Source: Octopus bimaculoides
Lineage: Eukaryota
Length of the DNA: 51,350 nt
Direction of reading: 5' to 3'
Assembly: GCF_001194135.2 (NCBI RefSeq)
Contig: NC_068991.1
Coordinates: 15,138,452-15,189,801, forward strand
The stretch's first letter is position 1, and every line of letters starts with the position of its first letter. Positions 22,849-34,864 of this stretch are shown here, piece after piece. A program made the translations under genes and the position numbers. Below the pieces are notes generated by a model. It searched no databases, was not told the origin of the DNA, and saw nothing but the letters and a program-made list of their open reading frames with translations.

Positions 22849-23719
22849 ATTTAGGTCTGTAATGTATTACTTCTCGGTAAATGAAAACACACACACACAC
22901 ACACACTCACTAACAAGAATCACCTAAGCAGTCAAGGTTCAGTCTGAAGAACCACAAACTTGACCTGTGTAGGTGCCTGGCTATCAGGTAAATATGTCCG
23001 TCTATTTTAGTTAAAAAGACTAAGCTACGGAATATTCTATCGAATATTACTAGAAGTCAGAGAATAAGTGAAACTGGAGCTTAGGAAAAACGCCGAGCAA
23101 AGTACTAACTAGGTTTAGTAACTTTAAAAGATAAGGAAAAAAATACAATGCTTATTGAATTTGCTATTGACAGCCATTGTTCCTCTGCATCAATAATACT
23201 CTTAAACAAGTAACTCATTTTTCGCTGGTAAAAATAACTTCAATAACTAAGACAGATATAGATATCATCTTTGAAACACAATAATAAAATTTGAGAGTGA
23301 CTAATGGACATGGAACTCTCACAGTGGCACTTTCGATATCATTATGTAATCTACGAACTCTGATCATGTGACTGACCCTGTCAGACAGCTGTGTAACTTT
23401 AAAACTATTGTAATATTGTAATAACTACTGCATAACTTTAACACGTCAACTGCCATTGCCTGTTAGTGGAATTTACTAATGACACCACGTATTTCGCGCG
23501 GTCACACTTCATACTGATTAATTACAAAGAAAAGTAATTATTCTTGCATTTTTACAAAATTTCATTTGTAAGCTTTAATATTTAGCACTCATGTTATTTA
23601 AATATAATCGAAACCATGTCAAAGATACAGAATAAAATATTTTCTCAAATTATGAAAATGTACCACTGGTGTTGAAAATGGTGGTTGCGATGAACCACTG
23701 ATAGTACATGTGGTGGTTA

Positions 23720-23920
23720 ACGTTATAAGACAAAACCTTCTGAAATCGAAGGAAGATTATATAGGGACGATTGCCTTTTTACTGTGGCAGGCTATAAACC
23801 ATCCGCAGCTGAGCAGCTACGACGAATATCTAAAGGATTTAACCTTTCTGGGAGTTATGAACCAAATACGAAGAATGCAAATTTCCTGGACGTTAATCTT
23901 GGACGTTTTGTGTGTGATTT
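23720..23920 (+). mobile_element. Penelope-like reverse transcriptase relic (YRDD type)
   Basis: GRLYRDDC at 23751-23774 and NFLDVNL at about 23880-23900. Confidence 0.65.
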
Positions 23921-24149
23921 TATATTTAAGGGTTTCCTCAGTAAACACTCGATGTTAAGTCTCTGACGAAGCCAGAAAATGTTACGCTGTAACTCACACC
24001 TGGCTGCACGTTTTTGTAATTCGAAAACACCCTTAAGCCAATGAATGTGAATACATAACTCCTGTTTTTTGTTTTGTAATTTATCTTCTAATTGGTTTTA
24101 AGCTCGGTGCTTATCTTCTGGTTTATATAGACGCCAGGGAATACATAGT

Positions 24150-24930
24150 ATCTTCGAGCCAGAGCTTAGAAATATCGTGCATTATGAGTATTGACCCTAC
24201 TTGCCATCATCTCCAAAAACATCCACTTTTAAGCAGATGACACCACTCTCCATTTCCCTCCAACCTTCCGCTCCTAAATATTATCCTCATGAAACCTAGA
24301 TACTTAATGCCAAATCCACACTAACTCCATCAGCGGGGACCCTGAAAACATCTCCTAATTGCCTTATACCAGTCCTAATCATTACATGTATCACGAAAAT
24401 ATTACCACGTTCTCTCCTACATTACGAACAGAAACCTCAATACTTGACAGACGATACAAAGGATTAAACACGGTTAGAATAAACGAGCAGCATGTCAATG
24501 AATGATGTATTATGGTTCTGACATAATACAAGGAGCCACAAAAGAGCCATTTTATGATGTTCACTAAGTAACATTAGTAACCTAAGCTTTGTCATCACGG
24601 ATATGGAGGGCAAGCTGAATGTCCCTGGGCATAATAGTTTCTTTCCTTACGTGGGTCTCCATGTCTTCTAAGCACGAACAGCATGAAACTAGAGCCCTCA
24701 ACGGTGCCACAAATGCTAGTCCCCACCATCAATCAAAGAATGTCTCGCTTAGTAAATACATATCTTCAACAAAACTGCACCACAAAGACTGACTTTTATC
24801 CTCAGAGTCAGAAAATACTCCTGTCTCCAACGATTACTAACTCTCCATAAAGTTCAACTAAAACCCATTATATATCACTGCTCCTACATCTGGGGATGGA
24901 GCTGCTGTTTACTAGAAGGATCTGACCAGT
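24150..24930 (+). mobile_element. CR1/L2/Jockey-group LINE RT relic, interrupted at about 24360-24720
   Basis: ADDTTLH at 24233, SISGDPENIS, and later ILRVRKY..LLTLHKVQLKPIIYHCSYIWG. Confidence 0.7.
24532..24671 (-). pseudogene. H3: Histone H3-like C-terminal fragment with decayed 3' stem-loop
   Basis: 24582-24671 reads LEDMETHVRKETIMPRDIQLALHIRDDKA*, versus H3 ..[32 protein letters not shown], with the stop at the same position. AAAATGGCTCTTTT lies about 30 nt downstream. Confidence 0.65.
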
Positions 24931-24959
24931 TTGAACATGTATATTTGGAGCGGATAAGA

Positions 24960-25110
24960 CTGGTTTAAATACTAAAGGATTAAGTCTGTCTACGAAATCC
25001 ATTTTCAAAGCCTTGATCAGCACGAAATTATAGTTGAAGATACTTGTCCATGGTGCTACGCAGTGGGATTGAACCTGTAACTGCATGGTTGAGAGGTGAA
25101 CTTCTTAATC
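24960..25110 (-). mobile_element. SINE family C head, diverged
   Basis: GCAGTGGGATTGAACC and AAAGCCTTG motifs. Confidence 0.7.
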
Positions 25111-25589
25111 ATGCAAGCATTATTGATATCTAATGCTCTCTCTCTCAGGTGTTTGGACTTGAAATATTTTTGTACATTGTTTTTATTTATAAGGATGTTG
25201 CTGTTGTTTGTTTTCTTGTCTTCGTTTAATCGCTCCCCGAGTCATTCTTGACAGAACAGAACTATCATCACATTCCATCTGTGAACATCCCTTCTTTTCT
25301 TCACTCTTTGCGGGCTCCAGACCACATTATCCAATGTGTCAGTTAGTTTTTATGATGTCAAAGCGGTGTGATTTGAGAGAAAGGCGACTGCTGTTTCTAA
25401 CAAACTGAATGACCACATAGAACTGAGTTAGAAGAACTAGTAAATTATGATCACAAATGGGATAAAATTGAAAATTTGAAGGTGGTGTTAAACGAGGAGG
25501 TGTTTCTGTTGGTGAACGCTTTCTGCCGATATTTTTATAGTGTCTTAGTTCACAAACGCGGCCTTGTTCATTTTCACAATATTACCAGA

Positions 25590-26562
25590 TTACGGTTTAT
25601 ACTTAATTGTATACGCTTTCTTTTCTCGATTTTAACGAAAGTTTATGGTTTTGATCGCGAAGCTCTATTTAATATTAATATGCATTTTCTGCCAAGGGAA
25701 GTGAAAATTTTTGAGAGTATTATTTATTTCTCTTCAAAACAACTGAATGTATAACATTTATACAGCATAAAATACAATTGAGGAATGAATAAAAGTCTTT
25801 TTTTTTTTATTTTACATATTAAATCAGTCATAATTTGTTGAAGCTACTGAGAACCAGTTGATAACATACCATTCTTAAGAACTATATTCATACAAAGAAA
25901 TGCAAATTTCAGAGCGAATTTCTGCATGGCTTCGTTGCTTTCTAGCTCCATAGGCTCAGATCTTGGGTTCCTACCATTCCCAAATGACACATGTCTGGAA
26001 TAAGAGTAATCCCAAGAGTGTTTCTATGCTGCTGGCTTTATGACAAATTCAGATCCCGCCATAACGTCTTTAGTTCATACGACCAAGTTCACAATGTGCA
26101 TATTGCCCAGACGAGAGCACACTCCTGCGACTATGAAATCATCCCGACCTCGCACCATCTGACTTCTACATCATTCCAACCATGAAGTCTTTTTTGAAGG
26201 GGAAGCACTTTTCGGAAGATGATGAACTTATTTCCGAGTTAAAGTTTTGTCTCCAGACGCAACCTACCGACTTCTACAGACGAGGTCTTCACAGCTGCAT
26301 AAAGTGATGGGAGAAGTATGTCACCATTGGTGGTGGTTGTGTAGAGAAGGACTAATAATTATGCCAAGTTTCGTTTATCTCAGTCCTTGAGAAGTGGGTC
26401 AGGGGAAAATCTGAGCCTTTGGAGCTAGAAAGGAGCAAAGTCATGCAGAAATTCGCTCTGAAATTTGCATTTCTTTGTATGAATATAGTTTTTAAATATA
26501 GTATGTTATCAATTGGTTCTCAGTAGCTTCAACAAATTATGGCTGATTTAACATGTAAAACA
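25590..26562. mobile_element. Repeat family E: 25590-25962 with an inverted copy of its last 150 bp at 26408-26562; a direct partial copy at 29325-29555
   Basis: By-eye alignment, e.g. ATAATTTGTTGAAGCTACTGAGAACCA versus TGGTTCTCAGTAGCTTCAACAAATTAT. Confidence 0.75.
26010..26400 (+). mobile_element. mariner transposase 3' relic
   Basis: PDLAPSDFY (about 26143-26169), MKSFLKGKHFSEDDELI and WEKYVTIGGGCVEKD*. Confidence 0.85.
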
Positions 26563-26602
26563 AACAAAAAAAACAAACTTTATTATTATGCACAGTACAA
26601 AG

Positions 26603-27002
26603 ACGGCGAACTGGCTGAACCGTTAGCACGCTAGGAAAAAAAGCTTAGCGGCATTAGGTCCGTCTTTAATCTCTGAGTTCAAATGCCGCCGAGGTCGACC
26701 TTGCCTTTCATCCTTTCAGGGTCGATAAATTAAGTACCAGTTGCGTACCGGAGTCGATCTAACCGACCAAAAAATTTCGGGCCTTGTGCCTAGAGTAGAA
26801 AAGATTATCATGCACAGTATAAAGGCGGCGAATTGGCTGAGTCGTTACCACGCCGGAGAAAATGCTTAGCGTCATTTCGTCCGTCCTTAATGCTCTGGGT
26901 TCAAATGTCGCCGAGTTCGACTTTTCCTTTCATACTTTCGGAGTCGATAAAATAAGTACCCCTCCTCCGAAATTGCTGGCCTTCTGCCAAAATTTGGAAA
27001 CC
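26603..27002 (+). mobile_element. Two family B SINEs of different tail subtype separated and flanked by the same target sequence
   Basis: AT(T/C)ATGCACAGTA(C/T)A at 26585, 26807 and 27003. Confidence 0.8.
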
Positions 27003-27409
27003 ATTATGCACAGTATAGATGTTGTAGACTCAGTGATTTTGAATAGGATTAAAAGTACTATTCATCTCAAAAATTGTCATACATTCCTTGACATAAAAAT
27101 GTATATAAAATGCAGTCTCGTTCTCATAACCCAAATCACAAGTAAAACTCAATAAAATATGTAAACCTTCCCGATCAAACAAAATACATGCGTTAAGTGC
27201 TAATATTGTAAAAATGTGAATTGATGTCACATTTGTGTAGCAAAACAACACAAAAACACTTCGTAAAACATAAACTGTTTATCCCCACAAAAAATCACAT
27301 GTTCAGCACTCGCTTCTAAATTTTCAGTTTTAACATTTCTGATAATTATTTACACTTGTCCCCTTGATTTCTACTCTATTTTTTGTGAATGAAGTGTTTG
27401 TAAATCGCT

Positions 27410-27640
27410 AGTGGTTGGTAGTGTTTTACTCACGATTTTGCGACCGTGGTTCGTGATTTCCGGACCGAGCGGTGCGTTATGTTCTTGAGCAAAAACATTT
27501 CATTTCACGTTGCTCTACTTTCACTTTCGCATCTGACCTATGGCTCGCCATGCACTTGTACAGGCAATGCCAATTTGATGGATGAACTGAGCTCGTTTCA
27601 TCACTATACACAAATCATCTGTGCAAGAATTTGTGGACCC
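27410..27640 (+). mobile_element. SINE family D
   Basis: ACTCACGAT..GACCGTGGTTC..GTTCTTGAGCAA..ACAGGCAATGCCAATTTGATGGA. Confidence 0.65.
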
Positions 27641-28039
27641 CTTATTTCTCGTCTACGATAAAAGAATCCACCGTTCAGTGTGGACTTTCAATTTGCAAGA
27701 AATAATTGCCAAATTTCCCTCAAAGCATTCCAGTTTATCTTAAAATGGGAAAGGTAAATTTGATGAGATCTGAGGCACAGAAAGTGTAGAGAAAGGATGG
27801 GATATTCATAACTGAAATACCATTTGATCATGGACCTCTATCAGGGCTGGCTTGGGTTACATGAAAACATTTATCACTCTTATAAATTTCCTCTAAATAA
27901 GTAAATGTATTTTACCTTTTATTCAGGAGAGAAGGCAGTGAGTAAGAAGATATCCTCAAACCGGAGACCTATTCTGAATGCTTCTAAACAGAATGGACTC
28001 TGCTAAAGGCACCAATGGTACCAAGTGGTGGTGTTAAAG

Positions 28040-28452
28040 GAGACGACGAGTTAAGTCATAACGGGATTCGAACTCAGAACGCAAAGAGCCAGAACAAATA
28101 TCACAAGTTACCAGGTCCGACGGTCGTACAGTCCCGCTAATCCACCGCTCTTGATTGGTACTTCTTTTATAGACCCCGAAAGGATGAAATATAAAGCGGA
28201 CCTTTGTGGGATTTGAACTCTGAATATAGAGAATCGAAACAAATACCGTTCTACTATGGGCACAAAGCCTGGATTTTTTAGGGAGGGGGACAGTCGTTCA
28301 CACTGACCCCAGTACTCAACTGGTACTTAATTTATCGACCCCGAAAGGATGAAAGGCAAAGTCGACCTCGACGGAATTTGAACTCAGAACGTAACGACAG
28401 ACGTAATACCGATAATCATTTCGCGCTAACGTTTTTACTAGTTCACCGCCTT
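28040..28452 (-). mobile_element. Family B SINE (28255-28452) plus diverged adjacent fragments
   Basis: CGACCCCGAAAGGATGAAAGGCAAAGTCGACCTCG core. Confidence 0.8.
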
Positions 28453-28994
28453 AATGTGTTAAATATATTGTAAATGCGCAGCGTTTGTATAAAATTAACC
28501 TATTGTCCTTCGAAAACATTTAGAAGATGCATGTTACGTGTTTGAAAGATCGCGTGCCCATGTGTAAATATGCACATTTTTTGGTAGCTTTGAATATATA
28601 TACATGTACAGTATTTGTGAAATTAAGTAGAGCATTGTAGGAAACAACATAATATCGAATAATGAGAGTATATGAAAAGTAACCACGTCTTTTCTATTAG
28701 GGCAGTGATAAATACAATTTTATCATTCTCCTATTAATTTAGGATTTTTATTAATATCCTCATACTCTCTTTAAGCAACTTTCGTCATATATGTTTTCTA
28801 ACTATATTTGTAGCTGGAAAAATCGAATATTCATTCATGCAAATGGAAATGCAAATATCATAAAGTTTAATAAAACATTTGCCGCCATTGTTGACGGCCC
28901 GGGTACTCTAGTAAACATATAATCAATAATCGTTTGACTGACATATATTTTAACGAAATATATTTTAACGAAATAACGATTATGGATTAAATGT

Positions 28995-29310
28995 TCATAC
29001 GTGGTAAGAAGCTTGCTTCCCGCCCACATGCTTCCCGGTTCAATCCCACTGTGTGGCACCTTGGGCATATTGTCTTCTATTCTCACATCAAGCCGACCAA
29101 AGCTTTGTGAATGGATTTGGTTGAGAGAAACTGAAAAAAGTCCGTCGTATGTGTGAATGTGTGTGTGTACGTGCGTGCGTGCGTGCGTGCGTGCGTGCAT
29201 GCGTGTATGTGTGTGAGTTTTGGGTCTGTGTTTGTCTCCCACCACCGCTTGACGCCTGATGCTGGTTTGTTTCTGTCCCCGTAACTTAGCGGTTCGGCAA
29301 ATGAGAGCAA
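28995..29310 (+). mobile_element. SINE family C (3'-truncated) with internal (GCGT)n/(GT)n
   Basis: Head GGTAAGAAGCTTGCTTCC..GGTTCAATCCCACTG. Confidence 0.85.
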
Positions 29311-29554
29311 CAGAAAAAGAACCTTACTTTATTGTATACGCTTTCTTTTCACAATTTTTCTCGTAAGTTTATGGTTTTGAGCGCGAAGCTCTATTTAATA
29401 TTAATATGCACTTTATGCCAAGGTAAGTGAACATTTTTGAGAGTATAATTTTATTTCTCTTCAAAACAACTGAATGTATAACATTTATACAGCATAAAAT
29501 ACAATAGAGGAAAGAATAAAATTTTTTTTTTTTTTTACATGTTAAATCAGCCAT

Positions 29555-30880
29555 ATAAAAATGGGGGACTTTTATATAATATAGAAACCTCATAATGCTT
29601 CTTCCTTGCATAATGTTAAGGTGGTCATGTTAAAACTATTCAACAATGAACCTATAATTAAATTCAGATATCATCCGAGTGGGGGATACGCATTTTCTAT
29701 TGAATCAAAACCAAAGATTAAGGGCTAAAAGAAATATGATGAATATTTCTATATCGGGTAAACTTATTTAAAAACCTTGGAAAAAATATATTTATATAAA
29801 AATTATCAACATTATGAAAAAATCTTGAAGGATATACAAAGGAATAAAAATACCACATATATATACGTAAATATATCATATATATATATATATATATATG
29901 AAATATATAGTGCAATTATAAAATGTAAATAAATAAATATATATAAATGCCATATTGTATTATATTATACCATGATTGCTATAAAGAGAAGTTACAAACT
30001 CCTTCACAATCTATAGGAATTACACCAGTATACATGAGAGTATAAAGATATACAAAATACAATAATACATATAAGATACAAGAATAAATGAAATAGAGGA
30101 AAAATATTTGTATAAAATTTCAATAAAGGATTTATAAAATGAAAAAAATAGAAATAAAGAAATTTTTACATTGCGAATGCCATAAAATGTATGCCGGATA
30201 TAAAAAGAGATAGAAGATGAAAAATAAGGATAAGTCAAGGTATTCATAACGAAAGCTAATTAAAGAAATATATAAAATAAGATAAAGATATCATTGGAAA
30301 TGGTTTTATACAATAATTGTAAGATATATTATTACAAGCACAGATGAGTGTAAAATCATAACACTTCCTAGGGAGTCTATAATATACTTAAGGGAGGCGT
30401 AAGATCTGGTAATCCATTGTAAATACACGTATCATGACTGATAGGGAAGAAAATCTTAGAACCGATGGGGAAATAGTTTAATCTAAGTATAGTAGGAACA
30501 CAGATTAAAGAGGTAGGGGTTATAAGAGGGCAATATTATGTATAACTCCATACAATAGAGGGTATGTTATGAAAGATATGACACCCCAGATAATTTCTGC
30601 CACTAAAGCATAGTATATGTATACTATTATTTGTTTCTAAAATATTTGAAGGTACGGGTGATCCTATGCACACAAGTTACTTTAAAGTTATATCTATTAT
30701 TAATTAGGTTATTAATTAGGTTATCTCTATACTTAAAAATTTGTTATCTCTATACTTTAAAATTTCGTAAATTTCCATACACATAGCTCGCATCCATATC
30801 GGCTATTTCTGTATGGCTGAGCACTCCGTAAGGCTAACTTTATTACTCCTATCCTTAAGTTCCCAGATTTTAATTATATA
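29555..30880 (-). mobile_element. PLE-A second copy (GIY-YIG C-terminus plus 3' region), lacking the telomere-repeat insertion
   Basis: Inverted homolog of 7050-9082. Minus strand encodes KIWELKD..CELC..RIT. Confidence 0.8.
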
Positions 30881-30939
30881 CTTAAAAATTATAAATTATA
30901 TATATATATGTGTGTGTGTGTGTGCGTGTGTATAAACAT

Positions 30940-31075
30940 TTTTCAGAATGAGATAAAAATCCAAGGCTGTGAAAGATTTTAGAACATTTATAAATAGAAA
31001 GTCTTACAGCTGTTGCCGGATATTTTCTATATCCCTTCATCGGAGACGGTGTGAGAAAATAGTTAAGCAATAGTT
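30940..31075 (-). mobile_element. HH-1 pseudo-LTR copy with mutated hammerhead (31001-31047)
   Basis: Minus strand: GTCT CCGATGA A GGGATAT-AGAAA-ATATCC GGCAA CAGCTG TA AGAC. Confidence 0.7.
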
Positions 31076-31349
31076 ATTTTAGATAAGATATGAAATAGAG
31101 AGTGAAGTGGAGGAATGAAAATAGACGTGAGATATGCAGGGATATTGCATCTATAGATCCATTATTTAGGCAGAATGGTATACATATAAGACTCCAATAC
31201 CTCGTGAGTAAGCTCCAATAGTATTTAAAATTGGTCATTCCAAGTATAGAGTTTGTACACAGTGTTATTGGGTCACTTTAAATAAAACCCTCGATCACAT
31301 ACACATATATACGACGGGCTTCTTTCAGTTTCTGTCTACCAAATCAGTT

Positions 31350-32600
31350 ACATAGCTGCAAAGAAGTAATAATATAATAGGCGAAACAGAAGCGATATTC
31401 CCCATAAAAAAAAACGGGAAAAAACATGGCACCTCAATGCTTCACTTAACCAATGTTGTCGCAATATTATTGAGAATAAAGCAATTCAATTAAAATCATG
31501 TAGGTTTAGTAGCTATGTTAGATCACTACTATAATAATTTAAAATTATGGGAAGTGTTCAGGAAATGTTAAAAGAATTTATAAGAATTATAAATGCCCAA
31601 ACTATGGAAGATGAAGTAAATATAAAGCTACCGCCTAGGGCCAGTAGCAAATTGAATAAAATCATTAAGTTATAAATTATATAAAATTACAGCCATCGGG
31701 ATATGTCGTTAGCACTAAAGCTGATAAAAGTAGTTTAAATTTGATCAGTTACATGACCTAAATATAATTCATGAATCTTATTCGTAATTAAGCTCTATAT
31801 TGTAGGGTTATAGTTACGAATCTAACACTCGGGAAAGGCTTTAAAGAATCAGTTTTAAGTAGAAGAAAGTTCTATGGATAGAATGCGGTCATTTGATTCT
31901 TAATTCATCAGATCTATTCATAACATCACTTGAGCAATTTAAGATTTTCAAGAATTTTCCACATCAGTAATTGTTACTTTATTTATCACCAACATAAGGC
32001 TTAGCATGTCAAGCGATGCTCCACGTCAGATGAAAATCGACACTTTTGTCATCTAATTCCCAATATTTCCTCAGAGAGCGGTTTGTTTTCGCTTTATCTC
32101 GCCTTCTAAATATATGAAAATGATTAAATATCTTGATTTAATAATACAAGAAGTGGAACCAACACAAGTGAAAGTATTTAGGGTTAGTTTTAACATAACA
32201 TTTATGCACAATGTTTTTGGTCAGGCATTTATTTCCTAGTGGGCATTCAAATTTCTCCTTAAATTTACATAATCTTATTAACGTGGGGATGGGAATATTG
32301 TGAGTTACATAGCTCTTAACATTATGCGATACACAGTCATAATCAGTAGAATTGCTATGTGTGTTAGCCACCCCATCATCATTTACATTATCATAATTAA
32401 TTCTGAAGTTATTATAAACAACACTTTGTACCCTTAGTCTTCCAAAAAGATTATACTGGTTATGATTGTTATTACCATTTCTAAATCTATTCACACCATT
32501 ACATTTCGTATTATTACTATTGCTGTTGTGCTTATTATTATTATTATTAAAAGAATTGTTACACATATGATGTTTATTCCTTATAGTAACACTATATTTG
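31350..32600 (-). mobile_element. PLE-B second copy
   Basis: ORF 32138-32566: Asn-rich tract, then CKFKEKFECPLGNKCLTKNIVHKC. Homologous to 16300-17420. Confidence 0.8.
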
Positions 32601-33644
32601 ATATAATATTAACGCAATTGCGTTATGGCAAAAACTACAACGGTTGTAGTAGCAATGGTAATGATAATGTATATCTAAACACGTTGAAACCTTCATTAGT
32701 TTGGTATACACATCTAGTGGTTTATACCACTGCCGTCATCCTTTGATCACTTTCGCAATTAGATTTGTTCTATTCAGTTTCAATTCAAGTTTATGTCGTT
32801 TACGATTCCTAGCACCGCAATTATGGCTATCTCTCTATATTTATTATTGTCTTTTCCTTCTCTTTCCTTTTCTTGTTTTCTTTCCCGCTCTTCTGAAATT
32901 TCGAAGATACTTTCGCTGTTCCCTGCGTTTTTCCTTGACATATTTTCCCTGAATTATAATTAGCTGAATTAAAACTATTAGTTTATTTGTTCTGCGGTAA
33001 TTAATCGGAGTACTTCAATCAGGCTGAATTAAGTAAATGAAAAAGTAACGCTGGTATTTATTAACCATGTCAATCCTTCACGTACAAAGCAATATAGCAA
33101 AGTAAATGAGTTTTTTTAGAACGTCAATAATTGTCTTCAAATATGTTTTGATTCTGCTTCTATTCAAGTTTTCATAGTTCATAATTGTTGCCGGTGTGAT
33201 TACGACTATCCATTATCATAGCATCGCGTGCTATGATTTTGGATTATTTAAATGTCTAATTTATATCAGTCGTTTTAGCCATTAATTTTAGCGTGCTTCA
33301 CTTTGATATGCTTCTATCATTTATGAAACCCTTAAATAAAATCTCTCGCTCTCTCTATCTCTCTCTTTATATATATATAACAATATATTCGTGTATAAAA
33401 ATTTCATACTATATGCTATATTTTTAATTATTTATTATTTCTTCTTGCGTTATTTCTTCTTATTCCTTATGTTTGACGGATTATGCTGTATTTCTTATAT
33501 ATGTTCATTGAGGGGGTGTGATATGATGAGTCGTTAACCCAGTGTTTTTATTCTTTAACTAATATTTTACTCTTGTCTCAGTTATTCTGAGCACTTCTCC
33601 TTGCAGCCCTGTATAAAATCTATTGGTTTCCTAATAAGAAACCA

Positions 33645-33675
<31 letters not shown>

Positions 33676-34208
33676 ATAATATTAATAATATTAGGGACAA
33701 AATCCAAAATTACAGGTAAAAACTATATATATATATATATAAAATTGAAATTTATAGAAAAACAAAAGACGATGACAGTTGTATGAGCAACAAGCAAGTG
33801 TATTAGTTTGACGCTCGGAAAAATGAATAAGTCTTTTCACATGTACTTATACACACCCATACAATGTGTGTATGTGAGTATTCTTTGAATATTGTACTGA
33901 AGATGAGAAATAAGCTCTTTTTATTGCTTTAATCCCGAAATTGGATCCAATACGCAATTTACTATGAAGTTTTATTTAGTATTTTTCATTTGCTCGCTTA
34001 TTTTCCGTGGGTTGTAGGAGTTATACACTGGTTATTTTAGCGCCTTTAGCGTCTTGTCTCAGGATGGTGGAGAAGGTTCTTTTCTGATCCCTTTAATGTA
34101 ATTATATATATAATTATTTATTTAGTATATTAATTAACTACAGAGTTTTATTTCATGCTGGCCACTCGATATAATCATTAACGTGATTTTTTCCTGAATT
34201 CTATTAAG

Positions 34209-34253
<45 letters not shown>

Positions 34254-34255
34254 CT

Positions 34256-34864
34256 TATAAGTGAAAGGCTCCAACTTCCAGTATCCAGTGTTAGTAGTTT
34301 CCCATCATAGCTGGTAAACCGAGTCTAGTTTTATTTTAAAATATCCACTGGTCAGAATATTTTTTGAAATACGAAATGAGAGTTTGATGGAAACGCTTAT
34401 CCTTGCGTTCTGTTTTAAAATTTTGAGAACTACACGTGTAAAAACATCTGCTTGAAGCTCACACTTTTGATTTCATTTCTGGTTCACGCGCTAATATTAT
34501 TATAAACGTCTTAAACTCCACACAAGCGAAGTCATGAAATTGCGTTGCTGTTTAAGCAATGTTGCAAAACAATATATTTTTAAGTAATACTTTTAATTAA
34601 CGTTTATTATTTTTTTAAAATAAAACAGTGTGTGCATGTGGGTATTCATTTTCCAGGAGCTTGAAGCAGCTGTTTTTGTGCGTGTCGTTCACAATGGTTT
34701 TTAAACGAAAGAACATAAGAATAAGCATTTTCTTCAAACATTCATTTTATATTTAAAAAAATATCCAGAGAGTGGATATTTCATAAGTAAAACAGGCTCG
34801 GTTTATCAGCTATAATCGGAAACGAGCAGCACTGAGTACTGGAAATCGGACCCTTTCAGTTATA
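34256..34864. mobile_element. About 610-bp foldback/MITE with arms of more than 200 bp, TA-flanked
   Basis: TATAAGTGAAAGG.. and ..CCTTTCAGTTATA termini. The arms align over about 34256-34470 and 34650-34864. Confidence 0.75.

Noticed and set aside
27905-27980. Strong-looking acceptor (TTTTATTCAG) with a nearby GTGAGT donor
   Set aside because: It would give an 11-nt microexon or frames that stop early, and no recognisable protein results.
28835-28890. ACAATGGCGGC start-like context on the minus strand
   Set aside because: It stops after 17 codons with no splice donor.
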